A stretch of 51,304 nucleotides of DNA from the IMG/VR virus record IMGVR_UViG_3300028586_000030, positions 1 through 51,304 of that record; one strand, 5' to 3'. A program made the position numbers and the translations under genes. Within the stretch, counting starts at the first letter, position 1. Every line of letters begins with the position of its first letter. The stretch comes from a virus. Its lineage: Duplodnaviria > Caudoviricetes. Shown in pieces: positions 9,205 to 17,046 of the stretch. A model generated the notes under the pieces. The model did not search any database. It saw only the letters and a list, made by a program, of their open reading frames with translations, and was not told where the DNA came from.

Positions 9205-9996
9205 ATGAAAGATTACATCAAACAAGCGCTCGTTACTAAATCCGACCAATTCCATCCAGACAAAGTCTCGTTTGAATTTTTCTGCGATACTTTAGCCACT
9301 GCGATTACAGTATTGAAGGATTTGGATAAAATCAAAAAGTCGTTGTTTTACGGAAAGCAATTGCACGAAGGTGAAACGCCTATTCCCGATTGTAATAGCA
9401 TTCCGGTTGACTGCTTTTCAACCGAGGCTGTACAAGAGCATGATGATTGTCAGCTTGCTATGAATCAGGGCATCGATGTACTGCATGCAATTCTTGGCAT
9501 TGCTACCGAAGCCGGTGAATTGTTGGAAGCATTGAACGCGGGTATGTTTGGCGATGACGGTTTCGACCTGATCAACGTTGCCGAAGAACTGGGCGATGTT
9601 TTCTGGTATCAAGCCATCCTAGCCAACAGCGCAGGCTTGAGCTTTGAAAAGCTTCAACAACAGAACATTGATAAGTTGCGCGCTCGTTACGGCGACAAGT
9701 TCACAGCGTTTGACGCGATGAACCGTGACCTATTCGAAGAGCGTAAGGTTTTGGAAAACAGCCAAGCCTTACCTTTTGAGGTAATCGGAGATCAGACTTT
9801 TATTCGTCTTGCAGATTTGACTAAATCGACTGTAGCAGGTTTGAAAGTGGAAGGCGGTATTCGGAAGTTAAACCTTCATACCCCTAAGCCTAAATTGCCA
9901 ACCTATGAAGAACTGTTGAGTGAACGAGATGAACTTCTCGACATCATTCGTCAAAATGCCGAGCGCGATGATTATGAAGCTCAAAGGGGCGAATAA
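9205..9996 (+). CDS. mazG: MazG-like nucleotide pyrophosphohydrolase
   Basis: GIATEAGELLEAL, NVAEELGDVFWY, NIDKLRARY; SD AAGGA before ATG 9205. Confidence 0.88.
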   Translation: MKDYIKQALVTKSDQFHPDKVSFEFFCDTLATAITVLKDLDKIKKSLFYGKQLHEGETPIPDCNSIPVDCFSTEAVQEHDDCQLAMNQGIDVLHAILGIATEAGELLEALNAGMFGDDGFDLINVAEELGDVFWYQAILANSAGLSFEKLQQQNIDKLRARYGDKFTAFDAMNRDLFEERKVLENSQALPFEVIGDQTFIRLADLTKSTVAGLKVEGGIRKLNLHTPKPKLPTYEELLSERDELLDIIRQNAERDDYEAQRGE

Positions 9997-10010
9997 ACGT
10001 CGGTTAAAAT

Positions 10011-10036
10011 AAAACCCGGTCTAGGCCGGGTTTTTT
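10011..10036. terminator. Bidirectional intrinsic terminator
   Basis: AAAACCCGG-TCTAGG-CCGGGTTTTTT between convergent genes. Confidence 0.85.
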
Positions 10037-10053
10037 GTACGTGCTTGAAAACC

Positions 10054-10326
10054 TCACGACTCTGGAGAAGTGTGGGCAACCCGATAAACGCTATCGCCTA
10101 CATCCGGAAGCATTCCCCGCTGTGCAAGCCAGGCCATTTCGGTCTCACGAGCGTTCAGGCTAGAGACCAACACAGCGTCTGCGCCGGGACCACAAACCTT
10201 ACCGCAGTTTATCCGGGCGTTCTCACGCAATGCCCGGTTCACCAGAGCCAGCGCCGTCAGATGGCCTGTGACTTCCGCATCGAAGCCGATCATTTCAACA
10301 CCGACCATACAGCAATGTCGTTGCAA
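10054..10326 (-). CDS. Hypothetical protein
   Basis: ORF in the leftward early cluster; start uncertain. Confidence 0.55.
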   Translation of the reverse strand: MQRHCCMVGVEMIGFDAEVTGHLTALALVNRALRENARINCGKVCGPGADAVLVSSLNARETEMAWLAQRGMLPDVGDSVYRVAHTSPES

Positions 10327-10484
10327 TCGTATTTGTATGCGGCTTTACCGTCGCGAGAAACTTTTACCTGCGAGCCTTCAACAGCACGGCATTCGCTCAC
10401 ATCAACCGGAACCGATTTAGGGAGCGGTGTTGCAGTGCAACCAGTCAACAAAGCCAAAGCTACAACGATAATTTGAGTTTTCAT
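10290..10484 (-). CDS. Small lipoprotein
   Basis: MKTQIIVVALALLTG-C lipobox; SD GGAG. Confidence 0.8.
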   Translation of the reverse strand: MKTQIIVVALALLTGCTATPLPKSVPVDVSECRAVEGSQVKVSRDGKAAYKYDCNDIAVWSVLK

Positions 10485-10498
10485 TTCACTTGCTCCAA

Positions 10499-10684
10499 TT
10501 AATTCAAAATAAGGTTGATTTCGTAAATCTTTTGCTTCAAGGCAATCGCACGATTTTCGGCCATTGCTAAGCAAGTTTCGTTGCCATAACCGCGAACACC
10601 TGTGTGACGAACAATCGCAGCTTCTGCGTCTACTAATCTTGACATAAACCGGCTTTTCAGTTCTTCAAGCTTTTGCTTATTCAT
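10499..10684 (-). CDS. Hypothetical early protein
   Basis: First ORF after the promoter at 10724-10752. Confidence 0.7.
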   Translation of the reverse strand: MNKQKLEELKSRFMSRLVDAEAAIVRHTGVRGYGNETCLAMAENRAIALKQKIYEINLILN

Positions 10685-10723
10685 TTTCTGTTTTCCCGGT
10701 AAGTTTTCCGTTTCGTTGGATGC

Positions 10724-10752
10724 ATCTTATCCACCTTCACACACCTAATCAA
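10724..10752 (-). promoter_or_regulatory. sigma70 early promoter
   Basis: TTGATT-17-TAAGAT with AT-rich UP element; spacer shared with 13520-13548. Confidence 0.8.
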
Positions 10753-10813
10753 GCTTTATTTGAAAATATTTTCCGACCTGCCCACAATCATCGGTTGCCG
10801 AATTCAGGGCAAG

Positions 10814-10836
10814 AAAAAGCCCCGGTTAAGGGGCTT
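10814..10836 (-). terminator. Intrinsic terminator
   Basis: AAGCCCC-TTAACC-GGGGCTTTTT on the minus strand. Confidence 0.8.
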
Positions 10837-10848
10837 GAGTCGCGGCAA

Positions 10849-11052
10849 TTAATTGCCGGGTAGAATCAAGTATAGTCGGCTTGGCTTGTCTGGTCGTTTG
10901 TTAGGAACCCAACCATCATCCCTAGGCTCGCAGGCATACCCGACGTAAATGGAGTTTTCTTCTAGCAGTGCATTTTCGCTCATACACTGATAGATAACCT
11001 GTAAATCTTGGGGCTGTGTTTTTAAAAATTCAATTAGCTGTGAGACGGTCAT
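10849..11052 (-). CDS. Hypothetical protein (MTVSQLIEFL.. family)
   Basis: SD GAGG before ATG 11052; common phage N-terminal pattern. Confidence 0.7.
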   Translation of the reverse strand: MTVSQLIEFLKTQPQDLQVIYQCMSENALLEENSIYVGYACEPRDDGWVPNKRPDKPSRLYLILPGN

Positions 11053-11053
11053 T

Positions 11054-11230
11054 TCATTTTTCCTCACGTTCAGAGAACATATTTTCTTTGTCTGTTTCCA
11101 TGATGCGCAGAACAGATGCACAGGATTTGCAACAGGTGCGCGCCCAACCGCGTTTTCTATCCGCCATACGCGCATCGAACCAAACGCCGCATTTTGGATT
11201 CTCGCATTGGACGCTAACCGTTTTTGACAT
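11054..11230 (-). CDS. Small Cys-rich (Zn-finger-like) protein, 58 aa, not in ORF track
   Basis: MSKTVSVQCENPKCGVWFDARMADRKRGWARTCCKSC...; translationally coupled to the upstream gene. Confidence 0.75.
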   Translation of the reverse strand: MSKTVSVQCENPKCGVWFDARMADRKRGWARTCCKSCASVLRIMETDKENMFSEREEK

Positions 11231-11439
11231 TACAGACCTTCCTTTTCAAACTGAGCGATAGTCTTGCAACCGTGCTTGATCGACGCGCCGGTAGCCAACA
11301 GCTTAGGCAAAGCGCGGGCTTCTTCACGCTGACAACGAACCATTGCTGTTGCGCCTTCCGCCTTATACATCTGCATCACTGTGCAGCTATCTTGGGCGGG
11401 CGATGTGCAGACAGCAACCCAAAGGTAAATTGTCTTCAT
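11230..11439 (-). CDS. Hypothetical protein
   Basis: ATGA overlap with the upstream gene. Confidence 0.65.
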   Translation of the reverse strand: MKTIYLWVAVCTSPAQDSCTVMQMYKAEGATAMVRCQREEARALPKLLATGASIKHGCKTIAQFEKEGL

Positions 11440-11804
11440 TCTTCGATACTCCGAAGGCGTTCAATCAATTGACCGATTTCGATATTACCTTGATTAAGCA
11501 ACATGAAATCGACATTGAAGCATTTAGGCAAGTTCGGCATGAACATTGCGATGATTGCCTGAGCTTTTTTCAGCGCTTCGTAAAGCTCAGGCGAAGCGGC
11601 CATAAGCTTTAAGTCTTCGGGCTTAGCTCGCAGCCATTCGCTTGTTCCAAGCACTTCGTTTTCGTCGTCTATTGTGTCTTCGACGGGGTTACCTTGTTTA
11701 TCTGTGTTCCAGTCCGACAAAGGCAGCTTGTCTTTTGTCGAAATCGAAGTGAAATCTGCACCTTTTGTTTCAAGCAAGTACCACGGACCTTTAGTGTAAG
11801 CCAT
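11436..11804 (-). CDS. Hypothetical phage protein (TxGPW...AASPEL family)
   Basis: YTKGPW and LMAASPELYEAL motifs. Confidence 0.8.
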   Translation of the reverse strand: MAYTKGPWYLLETKGADFTSISTKDKLPLSDWNTDKQGNPVEDTIDDENEVLGTSEWLRAKPEDLKLMAASPELYEALKKAQAIIAMFMPNLPKCFNVDFMLLNQGNIEIGQLIERLRSIEE

Positions 11805-11805
11805 T

Positions 11806-12360
11806 TTAGCAATCCTCAAAAAGTTCATTGTAGCAAATTTGCATTACCGTTTCACATTGCTCTTCATCAAACATTGCGAAATGACAAAGCTTTAGGGGAA
11901 TCCCTGATTTCTCGCTAAGCCACTTGTAAGCGGCATTCCGATTCGACACGTCTATCGTAACATACCGTTTACGTTTAGTGTCGTACTTTTGTTCTTTCTT
12001 TGTCCAACGAATACGTATCAGAGTAAAGAAAGGAATCTTCGCAGCTTTGCGGGCGTCTCTAACAAAGCTGTCTGCAAGTGTGCCTAGCGGCAAATCAGTA
12101 TCAGGGTGAAGGCCGACGTAAGCCGAGCAGTGTGGGCATAGATAAACGTACGGCCATTTACCAAACGAACGACTGTAAATAACATCGTTGTTTACAAGCT
12201 TCACACCTTCTGTCAAGCAACAATTGCACTTAGTCGGCGGCGATATCCAATCTTTTACCCGCTTCAACGCACGGCGCGAAACGTGAGGTAAAGGATCAGG
12301 GGCGGTTAGCTTTACTCTGGCAAAGCATCGCCCGTCTAAACCGCCGTTGAGTTGAATCAT
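11806..12360 (-). CDS. Zinc-finger protein (DUF3268-like)
   Basis: CNCC...CPHCSAYVGLH..T..PLGTLAD...R.AAYKWL...CHFAMF. Confidence 0.85.
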   Translation of the reverse strand: MIQLNGGLDGRCFARVKLTAPDPLPHVSRRALKRVKDWISPPTKCNCCLTEGVKLVNNDVIYSRSFGKWPYVYLCPHCSAYVGLHPDTDLPLGTLADSFVRDARKAAKIPFFTLIRIRWTKKEQKYDTKRKRYVTIDVSNRNAAYKWLSEKSGIPLKLCHFAMFDEEQCETVMQICYNELFEDC

Positions 12361-12668
12361 TTTTCTTTAGCCTTTTCGCGCCTAAGAAGCTCATGCAAAT
12401 AGCCTTCGGTGAGGCCGGTTTCTTTTTCAATATCTTTCCATCTTACGCCTAACGTGCGAAGCCATTTAACCCTATCTATAAGCTCAGGCGTTGCACGGCT
12501 AGGATAGCTGCGTTGACGAATTTCTAAACCCATTTGTCTTAAACGCAACGTTACGGCAATGCGGCAAATTCCATACTTTTTGCTAATCGCAGTTGTGTTT
12601 GAACCAGCTTCGTACATTTCTTTCATGCGAAGCAATTGTTCGTCTGTGAATTTGATATGAAGTGTCAT
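12357..12668 (-). CDS. Tandem HTH DNA-binding protein
   Basis: Two HTH-like units (YEAG.N..AISKKYGI; LG..WKDIEKETG). Confidence 0.7.
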   Translation of the reverse strand: MTLHIKFTDEQLLRMKEMYEAGSNTTAISKKYGICRIAVTLRLRQMGLEIRQRSYPSRATPELIDRVKWLRTLGVRWKDIEKETGLTEGYLHELLRREKAKEK

Positions 12669-12868
12669 TTTGACACCTCTGACTTTTCTTTTTCTCTAAG
12701 CCATTTTAAGTGCCCTTCCGCTGCAAATTTTCGGCTATCAACAAATAGGCATTTTCCAACGCTGCCTTCTACGCCTTGAAAATCTTCAACATACCAACAT
12801 GGTTTATTCTTACGACCTCGGTTAGTCATTTGATATCTGCTTTTCTTCATTTCAATAACTCGACTCAT
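12665..12868 (-). CDS. Hypothetical protein
   Basis: Coupled ORF in the early cluster. Confidence 0.65.
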   Translation of the reverse strand: MSRVIEMKKSRYQMTNRGRKNKPCWYVEDFQGVEGSVGKCLFVDSRKFAAEGHLKWLREKEKSEVSK

Positions 12869-13039
12869 CTATTTATTTTTAGGCGCGTTAAGAACTTCTA
12901 CTACGCCGTTGCGTTCAGTCTGGCATTGAGTTAAGAAAACATGACCACCTTGTTCGTGGCAGGACTTTTTATCAACTTGATCTTCTGCCAAATCAATGCC
13001 CAGTAACGCGCAGATAAAAAGCCAAAATATAGTTGCCAT
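12869..13039 (-). CDS. Small membrane/secreted protein
   Basis: Hydrophobic N-terminus MATIFWLFICALLG; SD GGAG. Confidence 0.65.
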   Translation of the reverse strand: MATIFWLFICALLGIDLAEDQVDKKSCHEQGGHVFLTQCQTERNGVVEVLNAPKNK

Positions 13040-13067
13040 TTCAATAACTCCGATTGGTTTTACTGGC

Positions 13068-13088
13068 AAAGCCCCAATTAAGGGGCTT
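13068..13088 (-). terminator. Hairpin/terminator (GCCCCTTAATTGGGGC type)
   Basis: AAGCCCC-TTAATT-GGGGCTTT on the minus strand. Confidence 0.65.
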
Positions 13089-13105
13089 GAGGTGGGCGGG
13101 GTTGG

Positions 13106-13273
13106 TTAGCAAGTAATGCCTTTCACGCCGATCAGTTTAAATTTAGACATGCCGCCTTGCGTAACGCACCAATCGCGAAATGCTTCTACTGCATCTTCCC
13201 AGCTACGACCCTCGAAGTCTTTGGCGAGCGAATGGCCTTTGAGGTTTTCGAAGTGGATGCTGAATGTGGCCAT
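13106..13273 (-). CDS. Hypothetical 55-aa protein, not in ORF track
   Basis: MATFSIHFENLKGH...GITC; SD GGAG. Confidence 0.7.
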   Translation of the reverse strand: MATFSIHFENLKGHSLAKDFEGRSWEDAVEAFRDWCVTQGGMSKFKLIGVKGITC

Positions 13274-13310
13274 TTCGTCTTGCTCCGTTGTGAGGTTTCT
13301 TTACTGACTT

Positions 13311-13330
13311 AGCCCGCACTAGGCGGGCTT
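13311..13330 (-). other. Intergenic GC hairpin
   Basis: AGCCCGC-ACTAG-GCGGGCT with no U-tract; possible processing or stability stem. Confidence 0.5.
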
Positions 13331-13340
13331 GGGTTTAGGG

Positions 13341-13481
13341 TTAGGCTCGGCGCGCTTCGGCCATCCAAAGGTTGCGCATTCCTAGGCATTGGTTAGCCTC
13401 ACATTTTCGGCCAGCTTTCTTGTGTTGAATCACAAGGCGGTTAACACGGCGGGCGTTTGAAACTGCGGATTTCTTGTTCAT
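13341..13481 (-). CDS. Basic 46-aa early protein, not in ORF track
   Basis: MNKKSAVSNARRVNRL...; SD AAGGA; first gene after the promoter at 13520-13548. Confidence 0.7.
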   Translation of the reverse strand: MNKKSAVSNARRVNRLVIQHKKAGRKCEANQCLGMRNLWMAEARRA

Positions 13482-13519
13482 TTTCGTTTTCCTTTTGCTT
13501 GTTTGGTTTCGATGGATTC

Positions 13520-13548
13520 ATTCTATCCACCTTCACACACCAGCGCAA
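13520..13548 (-). promoter_or_regulatory. sigma70 early promoter
   Basis: TTGCGC-17-TAGAAT with spacer GGTGTGTGAAGGTGGA shared with 10724-10752. Confidence 0.8.
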
Positions 13549-13557
13549 GCATTATTT

Positions 13558-14067
13558 TCAATCTGTTTTGCAAAAGATTGGCCCGCCTTTACCGCGCTTG
13601 CCATTGGGGTAAAACCAAATGATTTCGCCGGTCGCTTTGCTGACCTTCCAATCTTCGCCAAGAAAACGAATCTCCCAAACCGCATTGGTTTCGTGAACGA
13701 GCAAATATCGGCCTTTGAAATGCAGCGCCCTATCCCATGCTTTATCCATATCTTTAGGCTTCCAAAACAGCTTTAGAAAGCGGCTACGCTCATCCCGGCG
13801 TTTGATTTCCTCATTAACCGGCACGACTTCAATCTCATGACCGGCCATAATATAGTTATGTTTCTTAACTAACCGCTTGAGCATGCCAAGGCCCGCACGC
13901 TGCGCCGACGCCTCGCTAGTTGCGAAGCCGTAGGAGTCCCCCGCCTGACCGTCGTTTGAGCGCCACGCGAGCCGGTACGCATGCGTCAGTGAGTCAATCG
14001 CCGTTGACTTGCGCTCTATATGGCCGTTGCTGAACCGAACCGTGACAGTGAAGCGGGGAGTTGGCAT
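13558..14067 (-). CDS. Hypothetical protein
   Basis: 169-aa ORF, TAATG-coupled to the upstream gene. Confidence 0.7.
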   Translation of the reverse strand: MPTPRFTVTVRFSNGHIERKSTAIDSLTHAYRLAWRSNDGQAGDSYGFATSEASAQRAGLGMLKRLVKKHNYIMAGHEIEVVPVNEEIKRRDERSRFLKLFWKPKDMDKAWDRALHFKGRYLLVHETNAVWEIRFLGEDWKVSKATGEIIWFYPNGKRGKGGPIFCKTD

Positions 14068-14450
14068 TACTGGTTCTCCAAAGGCGTGATTGGATTGCGG
14101 CGAACAGTACGGCCACCTTGCTTCCCTTCATTGATACGCAGCTTTATGAAGCGTTCGCAGGCATCGGGGCCGAAGTAATCGCGGGCATCTTCAAGCATTT
14201 CATGCTGTGCATAACCCATGCTTTCAATAACATAGATAAGCTCAAGCATGATGCCTTCCAAACGAAGATTGCGTTTGGAAAGCTTTTCGTAAGCCTTTTC
14301 TTGTTTATCTCGCGCAGCACGACCCGTTTTACGTTCTTGTTGAATCTGCGCGATGAGCTTCGTATTGCGCGAATCCGCTTCGTATAAATTGTTACTAATG
14401 TCTTGGATAGCTTGCCGATTATTGGAATACTTCGAACGCTTGTTAGCCAT
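14067..14450 (-). CDS. Hypothetical coiled-coil protein
   Basis: SD AAGGA; 127 aa. Confidence 0.75.
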   Translation of the reverse strand: MANKRSKYSNNRQAIQDISNNLYEADSRNTKLIAQIQQERKTGRAARDKQEKAYEKLSKRNLRLEGIMLELIYVIESMGYAQHEMLEDARDYFGPDACERFIKLRINEGKQGGRTVRRNPITPLENQ

Positions 14451-14465
14451 TTGCTTTACTTCCTT

Positions 14466-14804
14466 TCAGTCAATGTAATTATTGTGGATCAATGCGTCTC
14501 TTTCGCCGTATGGCGGAAAAATACATTTATCGATACATTTAAAAGTAGCACTGTGCTTACGATAGCCGAAAACTTCGCTTGAATAATTATCGAAGCTTTG
14601 TCTGCCGTTTAAAACGAAGCCTCCTCTGCTGTATTCAACTTCTGGATAAGCCTTTCCGCCAATGCCAATCACGCCAGTCAACAGCGCAACCAAATCTTTA
14701 CGATCAGGCAAATCTTTCTTGCTGATTACCTGACGTTGACGCTCAAGATAATTCACCTTTTCTTGCACCCTTGGCAAAAGCCATTCTTTGTTTGTTTTCG
14801 ACAT
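14466..14804 (-). CDS. Hypothetical protein
   Basis: SD AGGGG before MSKTNK; downstream of the promoter at 14848-14876. Confidence 0.7.
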   Translation of the reverse strand: MSKTNKEWLLPRVQEKVNYLERQRQVISKKDLPDRKDLVALLTGVIGIGGKAYPEVEYSRGGFVLNGRQSFDNYSSEVFGYRKHSATFKCIDKCIFPPYGERDALIHNNYID

Positions 14805-14847
14805 TTCGTTACCCCTTGTTCGTTCGCTTTGCATTGATTTGATCGGC

Positions 14848-14876
14848 AGGTTAGCAGGTCAATTCAACCGTGTAAA
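14848..14876 (-). promoter_or_regulatory. sigma70 promoter
   Basis: TTTACA-17-TAACCT on the minus strand. Confidence 0.6.
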
Positions 14877-15019
14877 GCTCAACGACAATCTTTTACCCGA
14901 ATGCCCACATTCTGCGGGCTTTGGACGTGGTTAAGGCTGCGATGGGCCTGATTTCGAATGGTCGTATGTATGAGCAAGGTTAGGGGCGTGAGCCCTATTC
15001 TACGCAGGCTGTAGAGGTT

Positions 15020-15430
15020 AGGACGTTTGTACCCTTGTACCATAGGTGTACCCGTTGTACCTTTTCATTACAAAATAAATGTCGTTTGTAATGCTCTGTA
15101 AGCCACGTAAACAGCGGCTATAGGGGCAATATGCAATGATACAGACATTCTTATAAAGGGGTCGGGGTACGTACCCATACCAATGTACCGGGTACAAGTG
15201 GTACATATCGTATTTTATATATATATATTATATATATATTATTATATATTATTATTAAAGATAGAAAAGACGTGGCCTGTAGACCATTACCAAACCCCAT
15301 GTTTCTTGTAATGAAAAGGTACAAGTGGTATGGATGGGTATAAAGCTATGCTTTGGGTACAAAGGGTATGGACAGGTACAAGGGGTATGGTGTACCATGT
15401 GTACCTCACCTGTACCTTTGTACCATCGGA
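15020..15430. repeat. Putative replication origin: GTAC-core repeats, 19-bp inverted repeat, (TA)n tract
   Basis: Inverted repeat 15055-15073/15306-15324, palindromes 15165-15176 and 15184-15196, pure A/T run at about 15212-15259; non-coding and at the transcription divergence point. Confidence 0.7.
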
Positions 15431-15442
15431 GCGAAGAAACAA

Positions 15443-16006
15443 ATGCTAAACCTTGAACACTCAAATGCAGTCAAGCGCGAATCGAGCATGTGGGCACAGC
15501 TTGCTCATGGTCTGGAGAATTGTCCTGTCGGCCAAGGCTTCGCCCTTGATTTGCCGGAAGGCTCAAATGTTGCTGCCTTTCGTTCGAAGGTAAGCAAGAA
15601 AGCTAAGACGCTGAACAAACGATTCACTGTCAAAAAGCTTATCGGCTCAACGTTTGAAATCACTCGGCTTGAAGACGAAGATTCGCAAGATAATCACGTC
15701 GATGTTAAATTCGATTATTTCCCCTCGACGCAAAGCAAGCCTCGGGCCGACCTGAGCATGCAGGATGTGTGGGCATTGATCCAAGACCTGTTTATGGGTT
15801 GCCCCGAAGGTATGTCGTTTGCTATCAGGCTAGGCGAAGATAAAATGATGTTGCCTAAACTGAAAACGATGATGACTCAAAAGAACCAAAGCCATAACCG
15901 AAACTTTGAAGTCATTGCACAGCCGCAAGGATGGTTTGAGCTTGCGCGCCGTGAAATTCCCCAAACTTACGATGTTCAACCAATTGGCTGGAGCCTTGAA
16001 AAATGA
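15443..16006 (+). CDS. Two-domain protein with an internal duplication (putative DNA-binding)
   Basis: SD GGAG; repeats MWA..CPVGQGFAL..RF...FEITR / VWA..CPEGMSFAI..NF...FELAR. Confidence 0.8.
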   Translation: MLNLEHSNAVKRESSMWAQLAHGLENCPVGQGFALDLPEGSNVAAFRSKVSKKAKTLNKRFTVKKLIGSTFEITRLEDEDSQDNHVDVKFDYFPSTQSKPRADLSMQDVWALIQDLFMGCPEGMSFAIRLGEDKMMLPKLKTMMTQKNQSHNRNFEVIAQPQGWFELARREIPQTYDVQPIGWSLEK

Positions 16007-16338
16007 ATAGAAGAATTTTAATCGTTGGTTCTGATCACGAATTGATGCGAGAGGTTCTAAGTCGCTTCAATGGCAAAGATGTACAAACCTGCACCTTTGA
16101 CGAAATGAAAGATATTGAGCAAGGCGTTTACGATGCAGTGATCGTTGATAAAGATGCTGCTGAAAAAATGTACGGCGTTTATGCGACAAGCGATAAAAGA
16201 GAAATGAAAGCTAATATCGGGCTTGTGAACTCTAAAATTCATTTGCCAACCGATGTTTCGTATACGTTCCACGTGGAACAATCGCATCGTGTTGGTAAGG
16301 GTGAACGCAAACGTAACCGAAAAGATAGGTGGAAGTGA
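16003..16338 (+). CDS. Hypothetical protein
   Basis: ATGA-coupled. Confidence 0.7.
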   Translation: MNRRILIVGSDHELMREVLSRFNGKDVQTCTFDEMKDIEQGVYDAVIVDKDAAEKMYGVYATSDKREMKANIGLVNSKIHLPTDVSYTFHVEQSHRVGKGERKRNRKDRWK

Positions 16339-16529
16339 TGAATAGATTTCTGTTGTTTAAAGGTAACGACTATTATCCGTGCGGCGGATGGCTTGATTTT
16401 GCAGGCTTCTTTGCATCGGTAGAAGATGCAAAGCAAACGCTTTCTACTGAACAATATGATGGTTCCGATTGGTGGCACATAGTTGATGCGCAAACTATGG
16501 AAATTGTCGAGAAAGGCGGTGTGGAATGA
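16338..16529 (+). CDS. Hypothetical phage protein (YYPxGGWxDF family)
   Basis: FLLFKGNDYYPCGGWLDF..DWWHIVD. Confidence 0.75.
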   Translation: MNRFLLFKGNDYYPCGGWLDFAGFFASVEDAKQTLSTEQYDGSDWWHIVDAQTMEIVEKGGVE

Positions 16530-16732
16530 TGCTAATAACGAAAGAGCTATGCTTAGCTGTAGTTAAATCGCATAGCTACGCAGGCGGTAACGGGATTTGT
16601 TCAGACATTGAAACATGCTCCCATTGCGGCGCTGAAAGGGAATATGCCGAAATTGAACTTAAGCATGAATCGACCTGCATTGTTGTACGTGCTAAACTGT
16701 TTCTCAAACATGAATGGGGTATTGAAGCATGA
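16526..16732 (+). CDS. Cys/His-containing hypothetical protein
   Basis: CSHC...H...C; coupled. Confidence 0.65.
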   Translation: MMLITKELCLAVVKSHSYAGGNGICSDIETCSHCGAEREYAEIELKHESTCIVVRAKLFLKHEWGIEA

Positions 16733-17046
16733 ACATTGAAGAAGAGCGTGAAGCGTTTGAAAAGATATTTGCTGAAAAGTTTCCAGCAACAAATCGTTCA
16801 GCAAAAGACGGCGGGTATGACGCCCAATCTCAAAAGTCGATAGCATGGGAGGGCTGGCAATTAGCCAAAGCTCATGCCGAAGAAACGGCAAAGCCTGAGC
16901 AAGAATGCAATTTAGAATGCTCTAATGGTTGGTGTTTTCTTTCAACCCATAGCGACTGTGGCGATTACTATCGAATAACCTCAGATATGGGTAAAGATGA
17001 GTGCTTAGCATATGCTGAACGAAATAACTACAGGATTGTTGAATAA
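16729..17046 (+). CDS. Hypothetical protein (paralog A)
   Basis: EREAFE...AWEGWQLAKAHA. Confidence 0.75.
   Translation: MNIEEEREAFEKIFAEKFPATNRSAKDGGYDAQSQKSIAWEGWQLAKAHAEETAKPEQECNLECSNGWCFLSTHSDCGDYYRITSDMGKDECLAYAERNNYRIVE

Noticed and set aside
9205-9996. Z-genome or 7-deazaguanine modification pathway
   Set aside because: No purZ, datZ, folE, queC/D/E or dpdA-like genes recognised
15020-15430. Possible CRISPR array, or small ORFs, in the GTAC repeat region
   Set aside because: Repeats are short, irregular and inverted with no constant repeat-spacer period; the ORFs are low-complexity artefacts
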